A DNA stretch of 64,000 nucleotides from Hydrurus foetidus. Taxonomy: Eukaryota. A program made the translations under genes and the position numbers. This document shows positions 19,847 through 30,191 of this stretch, one piece after another (the first letter of the stretch is position 1; every line of letters starts with the position of its first letter). The notes beneath the pieces were generated by a model. It was not told the origin of the DNA and searched no databases. It saw only the letters and a list, made by a program, of their open reading frames with translations. Where the stretch lies: positions 372,001 through 436,000 of the forward strand of contig UYFQ01000032.1 of NCBI GenBank assembly GCA_900617105.1, in the 5' to 3' direction.

Positions 19847-20515
19847 GTGGATATATCTAACCTCATTCAAACCGTCGCCCTCTACGCCTTGCCGGTGTTG
19901 TTCGCCATCACCGTCCACGAGGCCGCCCACGGCTACGCGGCGCGGTTCTTTGGCGACAACACGGCCTACGCGCTAGGCCGCATCACGCTCAACCCGCTCA
20001 AGCACATTGACCCCATAGGCACCATCGCGATGCCTTTGCTGCTGTATTTCTCTACCGGCGGGGCTTTTTTGTTCGGTTACGCCAAGCCTGTGCCGGTGCA
20101 GTTTGGCAACCTGCGCAACCCCAAGCGGGACATGGTGTGGGTGGCGCTGGCCGGGCCTGCGGCCAATTTCGTCCAGGCCATCCTGTGGGGCGTGGTGTTT
20201 TACCTGATCGCCAGTGCAGGTGTCACCGAGCGTTTTTGGATTGAAATGTGCAAAGCCGGTATGTTGGTCAATGTGGTGATGTTCGCCTTCAACCTGTTCC
20301 CGCTGCCACCTCTGGATGGCGGACGCATCTTGGTCGGTCTGCTTCCCCTTCGTGCCGCCATGTTCGTCTCGCGCCTGGAGCCTTGGGGCTTCTTTATCGT
20401 GATGGGCTTGGTGATTGCAGGCGTGCTCAGCACCCTGTGGATGCAGCCTGTGATGGCGCTGACCTTTGGTCTGCTGGACACCCTTTTATCGCCTCTTGCC
20501 TCGTTGGTGAAATGA
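19847..20515 (+). CDS. Site-2 protease family (M50) metalloprotease
   Basis: HEAAH, AGP, NLFPLPPLDGG. Confidence 0.92.
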   Translation: MDISNLIQTVALYALPVLFAITVHEAAHGYAARFFGDNTAYALGRITLNPLKHIDPIGTIAMPLLLYFSTGGAFLFGYAKPVPVQFGNLRNPKRDMVWVALAGPAANFVQAILWGVVFYLIASAGVTERFWIEMCKAGMLVNVVMFAFNLFPLPPLDGGRILVGLLPLRAAMFVSRLEPWGFFIVMGLVIAGVLSTLWMQPVMALTFGLLDTLLSPLASLVK

Positions 20516-21777
20516 TGACTTCTGAAACAACCCAATCCCCAGACACAACAGCCCCCACGCCCACCGCTGCATCTGCCCCTGTCAAAGAGCGCGTGCTCTC
20601 CGGGATGCGCCCCACGGGCGCCTTGCACCTCGGGCATTACCACGGGGCGTTGAAAAACTGGGTTCGTCTGCAAAGCGAGATGGAATGTTTCTTTTTCGTC
20701 GCTGATTGGCACGCCCTCACCACGCACTACGAACACCGCGAGGTGATCGAGCAAAACGTCTACGAGATGGTGATCGACTGGCTCGCCGCAGGGCTAGACC
20801 CCAACCAATGCACGCTGTTCCTGCAAAGCCGCCTGCCTGAGCACGCCGAGTTGTTCACCTTGCTGGCGATGGGCACGCCGCTGAGCTGGTTGGAGCGCGT
20901 TCCCACCTACAAAGACCAGCAGCAGCAGCTCAAAGACAAAGACCTCGCCACCTACGGCTTCTTAGGCTACCCGCTGTTGCAAGCCGCTGACATCCTGATC
21001 TACAAGGCCCATTACGTGCCCGTGGGCGAAGACCAGGCCAGCCACGTCGAGCTGACCCGCGAAACTGCCCGCCGCTTCAACGACCTGTATGGCCGCCGTG
21101 CTGACGATGCACCCCGCGCCGCCGCCGCTTTGGCCAAACTCGCCAAAGAAGATGCGCGCTACTTCAACACCCTGAAAAAGAAATTCCAGGAACAAGGCGA
21201 CGAGACCGCCCGCGCCCGCCTGCCCGGCTTCCTGGCCCGCTTTGAGGTGCTGACGCCGGACGACCACGCCCTGCTGATGGGCCAGTTCAGCGGCAAAGGC
21301 CGCACCGTGTTGGTTGAGCCCCAAGTGCTGCTGACGCAATCGAGCAAGCTGCCCGGCCTGGATGGCCGCAAGATGAGCAAAAGCTACGGCAATGGCATCG
21401 CCATCCGCGAAGACCGCGCCAGCATTGAGATCAAAGTGCGCACCATGCCCACCGACCCGGCCCGCGTCAAACGCACCAACCCCGGCGACCCTGAAAAATG
21501 CCCCGTGTGGCAGTTCCACAAGGTGTATTCCGACGACACCACCCAGCAATGGGCACGTCAAGGCTGCACCAGCGCCGGCATAGGCTGCATCGAATGCAAA
21601 CAGCCGGTGATTGACGCCATCCTGAAAGAACAGCAGCCCATGCTGGCCCGTGCAGAGCCCTACCTCGGCAACCCCAAAATCGTACGCGACATCATCGACG
21701 CAGGCACCGACCGCGCACGCCTCACCGCCCGCGCGACGATGCACGAGGTGCGAGCGGCTATGGGGTTGAACTACTGA
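20512..21777 (+). CDS. trpS: Tryptophan--tRNA ligase
   Basis: SGMRPTG, HLGH, VPVGEDQ, KMSKS. Confidence 0.96.
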   Translation: MMTSETTQSPDTTAPTPTAASAPVKERVLSGMRPTGALHLGHYHGALKNWVRLQSEMECFFFVADWHALTTHYEHREVIEQNVYEMVIDWLAAGLDPNQCTLFLQSRLPEHAELFTLLAMGTPLSWLERVPTYKDQQQQLKDKDLATYGFLGYPLLQAADILIYKAHYVPVGEDQASHVELTRETARRFNDLYGRRADDAPRAAAALAKLAKEDARYFNTLKKKFQEQGDETARARLPGFLARFEVLTPDDHALLMGQFSGKGRTVLVEPQVLLTQSSKLPGLDGRKMSKSYGNGIAIREDRASIEIKVRTMPTDPARVKRTNPGDPEKCPVWQFHKVYSDDTTQQWARQGCTSAGIGCIECKQPVIDAILKEQQPMLARAEPYLGNPKIVRDIIDAGTDRARLTARATMHEVRAAMGLNY

Positions 21778-21806
21778 ACTGCGTTTAACGCGGCAAAGAG
21801 GTTGAC

Positions 21807-22127
21807 GTGAAACCCAACGACTGCACCCACTGCGGAGCCTGCTGCGCCGCCTTCCGTGTGGATTTCGCTGTGCAAGAACTCGACGAACAAGGCGGCAGCG
21901 TGCCGTCAGGCTTGACGGTGCCCGTCACCGACTACACCAGCCGCATGCGCGGCACCGACCACGCCGCACCCCGCTGCGCCGCCCTCAGCGGGAAGATTGG
22001 CGAGCGCATCGGCTGCGGGATTTACGAATGGCGGCCCAATCCTTGCCGGGAGTTGGAGGCGGGCAGCGATGCCTGCGAAATGGCCCGCAGGCGGCATGGG
22101 CTGGGGCGTTGGGCGGATATTCTTTAA
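21807..22127 (+). CDS. YkgJ family cysteine-cluster protein
   Basis: CTHCGACC and CGIYEWRPNPCR. Confidence 0.85.
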   Translation: MKPNDCTHCGACCAAFRVDFAVQELDEQGGSVPSGLTVPVTDYTSRMRGTDHAAPRCAALSGKIGERIGCGIYEWRPNPCRELEAGSDACEMARRRHGLGRWADIL

Positions 22128-22201
22128 GCCTCAACAAATTTTCAAACTGTTGGAAATTTCCGACACCACTGCTTTTGCATCCGGCGCAAACTCTCGCCAC
22201 C

Positions 22202-22864
22202 ATGCAAATACAGCCCCCCGCCTCAGCCCGCCAACTCTGGGACATCTCCCCGCCCATCCAGGTCAGCACGCCCGTCTTTCCTGGTGACACCGCCTACCAG
22301 CAGCACTGGGGGGCCACCATCGGCCCGGACTGCCCGGTCAACGTCAGCAGCCTCACGCTGACCCCGCACATCGGGGCCCATGCCGATGCCCCGCTGCATT
22401 ACGACCCGCAAGGCCAGAGCGCGGGTCAGCTTGACCTGATGCCTTACCTCGGCCCCTGCCGCGTGGTCCACGCCATCGCTTGCGGGCCACTGATTACCTG
22501 GGCGCACATCGCCCATGCCTGCTCGGGCAATGACGCACCTTTACCCCCGCGCGTGTTGGTACGCACTTACGCGCAGATGCCGGTAGACCGGTGGGATGGC
22601 AAGCTCGCCGCCTACTCGCCTGACACCATCGAGCACCTCGCCGCCCTGGGCGTGCTGCTGATTGGCATCGACACCGCCAGCATTGACCCCGCCGACAGCA
22701 AAACACTGGACAGCCACCAAACCATCCGCCGCCTGAACCTGCGCGTGCTGGAAAACCTGGTGCTCGACGATGTGCCCGAAGGGGACTACGAGCTGATCGC
22801 CCTGCCCCTGAAGCTGATGACCGCTGACGCCTCCCCCGTGCGGGCCGTGCTGCGCGCCCTTTGA
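22202..22864 (+). CDS. kynB: Kynurenine formamidase (arylformamidase)
   Basis: HIGAHADAPLH, GIDTASID, LENL, DASPVRAVLR. Confidence 0.93.
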   Translation: MQIQPPASARQLWDISPPIQVSTPVFPGDTAYQQHWGATIGPDCPVNVSSLTLTPHIGAHADAPLHYDPQGQSAGQLDLMPYLGPCRVVHAIACGPLITWAHIAHACSGNDAPLPPRVLVRTYAQMPVDRWDGKLAAYSPDTIEHLAALGVLLIGIDTASIDPADSKTLDSHQTIRRLNLRVLENLVLDDVPEGDYELIALPLKLMTADASPVRAVLRAL

Positions 22865-22900
22865 ATCGCACCCTTCAAAAACCCACTGAGACTTGCAACC

Positions 22901-24265
22901 ATGACCACCCTGAAAAGCCCCACCACCCTGCAAGACTGCCAAGCTCTTGACGCACAAGACCCACTGCGCACCCTGCGTGACCATTTCACCCTGCCCCCTG
23001 GCGTGATTTACCTCGACGGCAACTCCCTCGGCGTGATGCCCAAAGCCACACCCGCCCGTGTGGCCGAAGTCGTCACGCTTGAGTGGGGCACCGACCTGAT
23101 CCGCTCGTGGAACAGCGCTGGCTGGTTTGACCTGCCCCAGCGCCTGGGCAACCAGATTGCGCCGTGGATTGGTGCCCACGCGGACGAAGTGGTGGCGACG
23201 GACAGCACCTCCATCAACCTTTTTAAAGTACTGAGCGCTGCAATTTTGATAGCTACTCAAGCAACTCAGCAAAGCGGTGAAGATCAAAAAACATCTGTAA
23301 ATAACCGCAACATCATCGTTTCCGAGCGCAGCAACTTCCCCACCGACCTCTACATCGCACAGGGCTTGTGCGCACAGCATGGCTTGCAGCTCCAACTGGT
23401 GGATGCCGCTGACATTTCCGCCAGCCTGACCTCTGAAGTCGCCGTGCTGATGTTGACCCACGTCAACTACCGCACTGGGGCCATGCACGACATGACCGCC
23501 CTGACAGCCCAAGCCCATGCCGCTGGTGCGCTGACCGTGTGGGATCTGGCCCACAGCGCCGGTGCTGTACCTGTGGATTTGCACGCGGCGAACGCTGATT
23601 TCGCCATCGGCTGCGGCTACAAGTACCTCAACGGTGGCCCCGGTGCGCCTGCTTTTGTGTGGGTTCACCCCCGCCACGCCGATACCTTTGCACAACCCCT
23701 GTCAGGCTGGTGGGGCCACGCCGCACCGTTCGCGTTCACCCCCGATTACCGCCCCGCCCCCGGCATCGCACGCTACCTGTGCGGCACCCAACCCATCATC
23801 AGCATGGCCGCGCTGGGCTGCGGCCTGGACGTTTTGGATGCCGCCAAGCCGCTGGGTGGGATGGCCGCATTGCGCCAAAAATCGCGGGCATTGACCGACC
23901 TGTTCATGCGATTGCTGGAGGAGCGCTGCGCAGGCCACGGCTTGACGATCGTCACCCCACGTGACCCTGCCCAACGCGGCTCACAGGTGTCGTTCGCCTA
24001 CGCCCCGTCAGGCAAATCGGCATTGAACACGGGCACCACAGCCACATCGCCCGCCTTCGCCGTCATCCAAGCCCTGATCGCACGCGGCGTGATTGGCGAC
24101 TACCGGGCCGGCCAAGCGGACAGCGCCCACCTGCTGCGCTTTGGCTTCACCCCGCTCTACCTGCGCTTTGAAGACGTGTGGCACGCGGTAGAGCACCTGC
24201 ACCAAGTGCTGACCACTGCCGAATGGACGCGCCCCGAGTACAACCAAACCCACGCCGTGACCTGA
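22901..24265 (+). CDS. kynU: Kynureninase
   Basis: [36 protein letters not shown]. Confidence 0.95.
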   Translation: MTTLKSPTTLQDCQALDAQDPLRTLRDHFTLPPGVIYLDGNSLGVMPKATPARVAEVVTLEWGTDLIRSWNSAGWFDLPQRLGNQIAPWIGAHADEVVATDSTSINLFKVLSAAILIATQATQQSGEDQKTSVNNRNIIVSERSNFPTDLYIAQGLCAQHGLQLQLVDAADISASLTSEVAVLMLTHVNYRTGAMHDMTALTAQAHAAGALTVWDLAHSAGAVPVDLHAANADFAIGCGYKYLNGGPGAPAFVWVHPRHADTFAQPLSGWWGHAAPFAFTPDYRPAPGIARYLCGTQPIISMAALGCGLDVLDAAKPLGGMAALRQKSRALTDLFMRLLEERCAGHGLTIVTPRDPAQRGSQVSFAYAPSGKSALNTGTTATSPAFAVIQALIARGVIGDYRAGQADSAHLLRFGFTPLYLRFEDVWHAVEHLHQVLTTAEWTRPEYNQTHAVT

Positions 24266-24266
24266 T

Positions 24267-25166
24267 ATGTGCCCCTACACCTCCCACTCTAACGCCACCG
24301 CTAGCGCCACCTCCTCCAACAGCCCAACCCCTCAACCTGAATCCATCGTTCACGCTGAAAAAGCCCAGCTCGACTTCAGCACCAGCATGAGCTACGGCGA
24401 CTATTTGCAGCTGGACGCCATCCTCGGCGCCCAAAAACCACTGTCACCCGCGCATGACGAGATGCTGTTCATCGTGCAGCACCAAACCAGCGAGCTGTGG
24501 ATGAAGCTGATGCTGCACGAGCTGCACGCCGCCATCCACAGCGTGGCGAACGACCAATTGGGCAGCGCCTTCAAACGCTTGGCCCGCGTCAGCAAAATCA
24601 TGGAACAACTCGTCCACGCCTGGGACGTGCTGGCCACCATGACACCGCCCGAATACAGCGCCCTGCGGCCCTACTTAGCAAACAGCAGCGGCTTTCAAAG
24701 CTATCAATACCGCAGCATCGAATTCGCGCTGGGCAACAAAAACGCCGCCATGCTCCAGCCCCACGCCCACCGCCCTGACCTGCTGGCGAAAGTGCAAACC
24801 GCGTACGAAGCTCCCTCCCTCTACGACGAAGCCCTGCGCCTGCTCGCCCGCCGAGGCTTGGCCGTGCCCGCCAGCCACACCGAGCGCGACTGGACACAGC
24901 CCTACACCGAAAGCGAAGCAGTGGAACAAGCCTGGCTCACCGTCTACCGTGACCCGGAACACCACTGGGATTTGTACCAACTCGGCGAAGAACTCACCGA
25001 CTTAGAAGACGCTTTTCGCCTCTGGCGCTTCCGCCACGTCACCACCGTAGAGCGCGTGATCGGCTTCAAACGCGGCACCGGTGGCACGGGAGGCGTCAGC
25101 TACCTGCGCAAAATGCTGGACGTGGTGCTGTTCCCGGAGATTTGGCGTTTGCGGACGAATTTGTGA
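24267..25166 (+). CDS. kynA: Tryptophan 2,3-dioxygenase
   Basis: [39 protein letters not shown]. Confidence 0.95.
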   Translation: MCPYTSHSNATASATSSNSPTPQPESIVHAEKAQLDFSTSMSYGDYLQLDAILGAQKPLSPAHDEMLFIVQHQTSELWMKLMLHELHAAIHSVANDQLGSAFKRLARVSKIMEQLVHAWDVLATMTPPEYSALRPYLANSSGFQSYQYRSIEFALGNKNAAMLQPHAHRPDLLAKVQTAYEAPSLYDEALRLLARRGLAVPASHTERDWTQPYTESEAVEQAWLTVYRDPEHHWDLYQLGEELTDLEDAFRLWRFRHVTTVERVIGFKRGTGGTGGVSYLRKMLDVVLFPEIWRLRTNL

Positions 25167-25298
25167 TTAGATTGGTGAATAAAACTAAGCTATTCGCTTA
25201 TTTCATATGCGTTAACAGCTATATTATTTATAGCAATAACACCCTCAACTCAGCGCCTGCGATTCAAAATAAAGCGCTTTAAAACCGTGGGACTGCCA

Positions 25299-25393
25299 GC
25301 AGTTTTGGGGGTCGGATCCCAATATGACCGCGAAGCGCCCGAAGGGATGCCCAACGGGCAGGTTATTTTGGGCTCTGCCCCCCAAAAACCTGC
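25299..25393. repeat. REP/REPIN-like inverted repeat (GGGGTCRGA...TCTGMCCCC family)
   Basis: GCAG-TTTTGGGGGTCGGATCCCAATATGACC ... GGTTATTTTGGGCTCTGCCCCCCAAAA-CCTGC between convergent kynA and selD. Confidence 0.65.
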
Positions 25394-25422
25394 ACCTCGC
25401 CCGAATCAACGCCATCGCCTTA

Positions 25423-27747
25423 TCAAGCCACCAACCCAATTGGTGCCAGCGCATCCCCCGCTGGCAAGATGCACCCAATTACCGCCGTGTGCCCATAGCC
25501 CGCTGCCTTGAGCGCGGCCACACAAGCCTCGGCCTGTGCGGCAGGCACCGTGGCCAGCAGCCCGCCCGCTGTTTGCGGGTCAAACAGCAGCGGGTAACGC
25601 GGGTCGGCGACGAATTCAGCCTGGTTGCGCAGGGCGCGACGCAAGCGCACGTTGGCGGGTTGCAGGGAGCTGACGATGCCAGCGGCGACACATTCCAGCG
25701 CACCGTCGAGCAAGGGCAGCGCGGACAGGTGGATTTCAGCGTCCACCTCGGACGGGCGGGTCATCTCAACCAAATGGCCCAGCAGGCCGAAGCCGGTCAA
25801 ATCGGTACACGCCGTCGCGCCATATTCCCGCAGAATTTGTGCGCCTACCCGGTTCGACACCACCATCGACTGCAACGCTGCGTCGATCCAGCGGCCTTTG
25901 GCTTGGCCCTTGGCGTGGGCGGCGAACAGCGTGCCGGTGCCAATCGGCTTGGTCAGCAGCAGCACATCACCGGCTTGCATCCCACCTTTGCGCAGCACGG
26001 ACGACAGGGATTCGTCGATCAAGCCGTTGATGGCAAAACCCAACGCCAGCTCGCGGCCTTCACCGGTGTGGCCGCCTACCAGCGCGCAGTTGGCCTCGTT
26101 CAACACCTCCATCGCACCGGTCATCATCTGGAACAGCAGGTCTTCGACTTTGGACTCCAGCCCCGGCGGGACGGTGGCGATGGCGGTGGCAGACTGGGCC
26201 TCGCCGCCCATCGCAAAAATATCGCCCAAAGCGTGGTTGGCCGCGACTTTGCCGAACAGGTAGGGGTCGTCAATGAACGCACGGAAAAAGTCCACGGAAT
26301 GCACCATCGCCATGCCAGGCGGCACACGCACCACGGCGGCATCGTCGGGGGCGTGCAGGCCGATCAGCACATCAGCGCGGGGGACGGGCATCAGGGCGCT
26401 TAAGGCACGGGACAGCACCGTGGCACCGACTTTGGCACCGCAGCCCCCGCAGCGCATGGCGATGGCAGAAATGGCTTGCTGGGATTCATCGGGGGTGAGC
26501 GGGAGTTGCGGCGCTTTCGCCATTTGGGCTTGGCGTGCGGCCAAGGCCACTGCGTCCATCACCGGAAACGCACTGAAATTGCGCATGAAACGCTGGTCTA
26601 TCGTGTCTTTCCAGCGCCACAGCACACCGCCCAGCCAACCCAATCCGCCCAAGCCCAAAGCGCCGCGCGAGGCCACCGCATGCTTGTCGCCCGTGCTGAT
26701 GAGGGCCAGCCAGCTGCGCTGCGGCCGGTAGGGCTTGAGCGGTGTACCCAGCACGCTGTGACGCAGGTTATCGGCCAGCGGTGGGCCTTGGCGCACGGCG
26801 AAGACGCCGGCTTTCTCCAAGGGATGATTGACCATGCTGGCTACGTCACCCGCTGCGAAGACGCAAGGGTCGGTGAGGGTTTGCAGGTGGTCGTTGACCT
26901 GGATGAAGCCGTTGTCGTCCAACGCCAAACCCGAGCCGCGCAGCCACGCCGGGCCACCGGCTTGCGTCACCCACATGATCTCGTCAGCGTCCAGCGTTTC
27001 ACCTTGTGCAGTGCGCAAACAACGTGCAGACACCTCAACCACTTCAGCGTTGCCATGCACCACCACACCCCGCTGCGCAAGCACCTGCTCGAACCTGCGC
27101 CGCACGCGGGGGTTGTGCGTGGGCAGCACAGTCGCGCTGTGGGTAAAGAGGTGGAACACCAACTCATCAGGGTTGCGCCCTAGCGCTTGCAGTTCGCGGC
27201 GCAGGCGAAACTGCATCGCCAAGGTCAACTCCACACCGCCCGCACCGCCACCCACCACGGCGATGGTGAAGGGCGTACCCGTGCCGCCAGGGCGCTGGCA
27301 GACCCGCCCCAAAAGGCTCAGCCAGCGCTGGTTGAACTGGTAAATCGGCTTGACGGGCACCACATGCTCAGCGGCCCCTGGCACACGCGCCACTTGCGGG
27401 GTTGATCCTGTATTGACAGCAAGAAAGTCATACGAAACGGGCGGACGGGTGCGACACAGCACTTTCTTGGCATGGCGGTCTAAGCCAATCACCTCGTCGC
27501 GGTACAGCCGCGCACCGGCAAAGACGCAGAGTTTGCCCAAATCAATGTGCACATCGTCGTAGCCGTAATGGCCCGCGATGTAGCCCGGCAACATGCCGGA
27601 ATAGGGCGTGTGCGTGTCGGTGCAAATCAGCGTGAGGCGCACGCCGGGGATGGGGTTCATGCCGAAGCGTTTGAGCACGCCCACATGGCTGTGCCCGCCA
27701 CCGACGAGCACGATGTCGCGCAGCACGGGTTGTTCAGAAGCTTGCAT
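25423..27747 (-). CDS. selD: Selenophosphate synthetase (SenC) with N-terminal FAD-dependent oxidoreductase domain
   Basis: GGGHSH, YSGMLPG, GGGAGGVE; RCGGCGAKVG, DDAA, GGHT, DLTGFGLLGHL, DPQTAGGLL. Confidence 0.94.
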   Translation of the reverse strand: MQASEQPVLRDIVLVGGGHSHVGVLKRFGMNPIPGVRLTLICTDTHTPYSGMLPGYIAGHYGYDDVHIDLGKLCVFAGARLYRDEVIGLDRHAKKVLCRTRPPVSYDFLAVNTGSTPQVARVPGAAEHVVPVKPIYQFNQRWLSLLGRVCQRPGGTGTPFTIAVVGGGAGGVELTLAMQFRLRRELQALGRNPDELVFHLFTHSATVLPTHNPRVRRRFEQVLAQRGVVVHGNAEVVEVSARCLRTAQGETLDADEIMWVTQAGGPAWLRGSGLALDDNGFIQVNDHLQTLTDPCVFAAGDVASMVNHPLEKAGVFAVRQGPPLADNLRHSVLGTPLKPYRPQRSWLALISTGDKHAVASRGALGLGGLGWLGGVLWRWKDTIDQRFMRNFSAFPVMDAVALAARQAQMAKAPQLPLTPDESQQAISAIAMRCGGCGAKVGATVLSRALSALMPVPRADVLIGLHAPDDAAVVRVPPGMAMVHSVDFFRAFIDDPYLFGKVAANHALGDIFAMGGEAQSATAIATVPPGLESKVEDLLFQMMTGAMEVLNEANCALVGGHTGEGRELALGFAINGLIDESLSSVLRKGGMQAGDVLLLTKPIGTGTLFAAHAKGQAKGRWIDAALQSMVVSNRVGAQILREYGATACTDLTGFGLLGHLVEMTRPSEVDAEIHLSALPLLDGALECVAAGIVSSLQPANVRLRRALRNQAEFVADPRYPLLFDPQTAGGLLATVPAAQAEACVAALKAAGYGHTAVIGCILPAGDALAPIGLVA

Positions 27748-27764
27748 TCAGGAGGTTCTCAAAA

Positions 27765-28787
27765 TCAAAGTTGATCCACCAAGCGGCGCAGGGCGGCTTG
27801 CTCGGTGGCAGGAGAAAAAAGCGACGCACGGGCGGCGCATTGGGCTTGCAGTCGGGCAAGCAGCGAGGGTGAAGACAAAACGGAGAACGAAGACGATGCC
27901 CCTGCCGGGGCGGCGGTCAATTCAGCATGGCATTGGCGCAAGCATGCCGCCAAACCTGCCGCATCACCGGCCTCAAAGTAACCGGCGTAGTCATCGCCCA
28001 GCATCCCCACATTGCCCGGAATGTGCGAGGCCAGCACCGGCGTGCCACAGCACACGGCCTCCATCACCACATGCGCCCCGCCTTCCATGCGGCTGGCGTG
28101 AACCAGCAGGTGGGCACGCTGGATGCGGCGGCGGGTGGCCTCATGGGTTTGCTCGCCCAGCCAGCGGTATTGGGGGCATTCGCGGGCTGTGGCTTGGGCG
28201 GCGTGGCCTAAAGCGGCGTCCAGCGGTGCGCCAATGTGGTCGATGTAAAGACCCGGCACGGTGCTCAGCAAGCGGGCCGCAGCCATCAGCGTGAGCGGGT
28301 CTTTTTCATCCCGCAGGTGGCCTACCACCACAACGCGCAGGTGGCGGAGGGATTTGGGCAGGGTTTGTCGGGCGCTGGTGGACTGGAACATCACCTGCGC
28401 TTTGGCCCGCAGTGCCTCGGGCAAGGCCAGCAGACCCTGCGCTTGCAGCACCACCAGCCGTTGTGCGAGCGCGAGCGACTGCTGAGCCGTGGCGTCGGTA
28501 GCGATGTCGCGGTAAAGGTCCGTGCCCGTCAACACCACCGCCAAGCCCTGCGGGCCATGCGCCTTGGCCCACGCCTGCACCGAGGCGGCTGAGCGGCGGG
28601 CGTGCAAGGCGAGCATCACGGTGTCACTGCCCGCACCACGGCCACTATCAGCACCCGCATCCGGCCAGTGGCTGACGATACGGGCAGAATGCGACTTCCC
28701 CAGCCAGCCTTGCCAGCGGTGCGCAGTTTGCCAATTGCCGTTGTTGGCATCGGCCAAAGCCGGGCTGACGATGACCACAGTTTTCAT
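27765..28787 (-). CDS. senB: Selenosugar synthase SenB (glycosyltransferase)
   Basis: ADANNGNWQTA.RW, ALHARRS, LTGTDLY, GHLRDEKDP, MEGGAHV; directly upstream of selD. Confidence 0.9.
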   Translation of the reverse strand: MKTVVIVSPALADANNGNWQTAHRWQGWLGKSHSARIVSHWPDAGADSGRGAGSDTVMLALHARRSAASVQAWAKAHGPQGLAVVLTGTDLYRDIATDATAQQSLALAQRLVVLQAQGLLALPEALRAKAQVMFQSTSARQTLPKSLRHLRVVVVGHLRDEKDPLTLMAAARLLSTVPGLYIDHIGAPLDAALGHAAQATARECPQYRWLGEQTHEATRRRIQRAHLLVHASRMEGGAHVVMEAVCCGTPVLASHIPGNVGMLGDDYAGYFEAGDAAGLAACLRQCHAELTAAPAGASSSFSVLSSPSLLARLQAQCAARASLFSPATEQAALRRLVDQL

Positions 28788-28802
28788 GGACAGGGTTATA
28801 GC

Positions 28803-30050
28803 TTGAATTTTGATACTGCCCCTAACTTCATTACGGCGCACACGGCAAATGCTGTCAGCACAGCCCGCACCGGCGATGCCGCCACACTGGCCGCTGCGTT
28901 GACCGCCACCCGCGCCCGCACCCTGGGCTTGATTAAGGCCTGGGCACAGGTCAGCCCCACGCTGGACGTGCCCCAGCAAGCTGAATTCAACCTGCCCTTG
29001 TGGGAGCTGGGCCACATCGGCTGGTTTGCCGACTGGTGGATCACCCGCAACCCACAGCGCAGCCAGGGCGTGGCTTACGACCCTTTTCACCTTCGCGCTC
29101 AACCTCGGTCAGCCTCGCGCTTTCCCGGTGCCGATGCCCTTTACGACTCCAGCGCCGTTGCCCACACCACCCGCTGGCAGTTGCCCTTACCGGGCTTGGA
29201 AGCCACGCTGCGCTACTTGGAGGCCGTGCAAAACGACACCCTGGCGTTGTTACATGACGCAGGCAGCAACGACGATGCCCTGTATTTTTGGCGTTTGGTG
29301 CTGTTCCATGAGGCCATGCACAACGAGGCCTCGGTGTACATGGCGCAGTCGCTGGGCATCGCCTTGCCGCCGTCGCTGACCCGAGGGCATCCCGCACCGC
29401 CTCAGCCTTGCTCGGCCGCGCCAATCCACACAATCCACATCCCCGCCCAAATCTGGATGCTGGGCACACCCGCTGGCGGTTTCGCGTTCGACAACGAAAG
29501 CCGCCCCCATCCCGTGGCGCTGGACAGTTTTGACATCGACGCCACCGCCGTGTCATGGGCACGCTACCTGCCGTTCTTGGAAGCCACCGGCCATCCGCTG
29601 CCACCGCATGTGCGACGAGGAGGAGAAACCACGGGTCTCTGGCAGCAGCGCTTTGGCGGCACATGGCAGCCGCTGAACCCTGACACCCCCGCCGTCCACC
29701 TGAGCTGCGCAGACGCTGAAAGCTGGTGCCGCTGGGCCGGTCGCCGTCTGCCCACCGAGGCAGAGTGGGAATGTGCCGCGCTGACCAGCGCCACCTTGTC
29801 AACGCCTTCCCAGTTTTCTTCCCACTTCCAATGGGGCGAGGTATGGGAATGGACAGCCAGCACCTTTGCGCCCTACCCCGGTTTCACCGCCCACCCCTAT
29901 GCAGACTATTCCGCCCCCTGGTTTGGCAGCCGCCGGGTGCTGCGCGGGGCCTGCGCCGCCACCTCAGCGGACATGCTGAGTGCGCGCTACCGCAATTTCT
30001 TTACCCCCGAGCGGCGCGACATCTTTGCGGGCTTTCGCTCGGTGGGTTGA
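28803..30050 (+). CDS. senA: Selenoneine synthase SenA (EgtB-like DinB + FGE-sulfatase); start uncertain (TTG)
   Basis: LWELGHIGWF, HEAMHNE, RLPTEAEWE, RYRNFF.PERRDIFAGFR; divergent from senB. Confidence 0.87.
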   Translation: MNFDTAPNFITAHTANAVSTARTGDAATLAAALTATRARTLGLIKAWAQVSPTLDVPQQAEFNLPLWELGHIGWFADWWITRNPQRSQGVAYDPFHLRAQPRSASRFPGADALYDSSAVAHTTRWQLPLPGLEATLRYLEAVQNDTLALLHDAGSNDDALYFWRLVLFHEAMHNEASVYMAQSLGIALPPSLTRGHPAPPQPCSAAPIHTIHIPAQIWMLGTPAGGFAFDNESRPHPVALDSFDIDATAVSWARYLPFLEATGHPLPPHVRRGGETTGLWQQRFGGTWQPLNPDTPAVHLSCADAESWCRWAGRRLPTEAEWECAALTSATLSTPSQFSSHFQWGEVWEWTASTFAPYPGFTAHPYADYSAPWFGSRRVLRGACAATSADMLSARYRNFFTPERRDIFAGFRSVG

Positions 30051-30191
30051 AGGGTTGGTTGAAGGCTTGACTGAAGTTTGCACCGTGGTGCCAAGCGGTC
30101 AATGTGCATTCCACGCTCTAATACGGGGTTGCAGCGTTACGAACGCTTGAATCCGCCCTTTACCTCTTTCACTTTTTTGTTTTCACAACCC

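Noticed and set aside
22202..25166. Functional link between kynBUA and the selenoneine cluster
   Set aside because: Convergent orientation, separated by repeats, no shared chemistry; adjacency alone is not evidence
26440..26460. Selenocysteine (UGA) in SelD or nearby genes
   Set aside because: The active-site codon is Cys (TGC); no convincing in-frame UGA readthrough was seen
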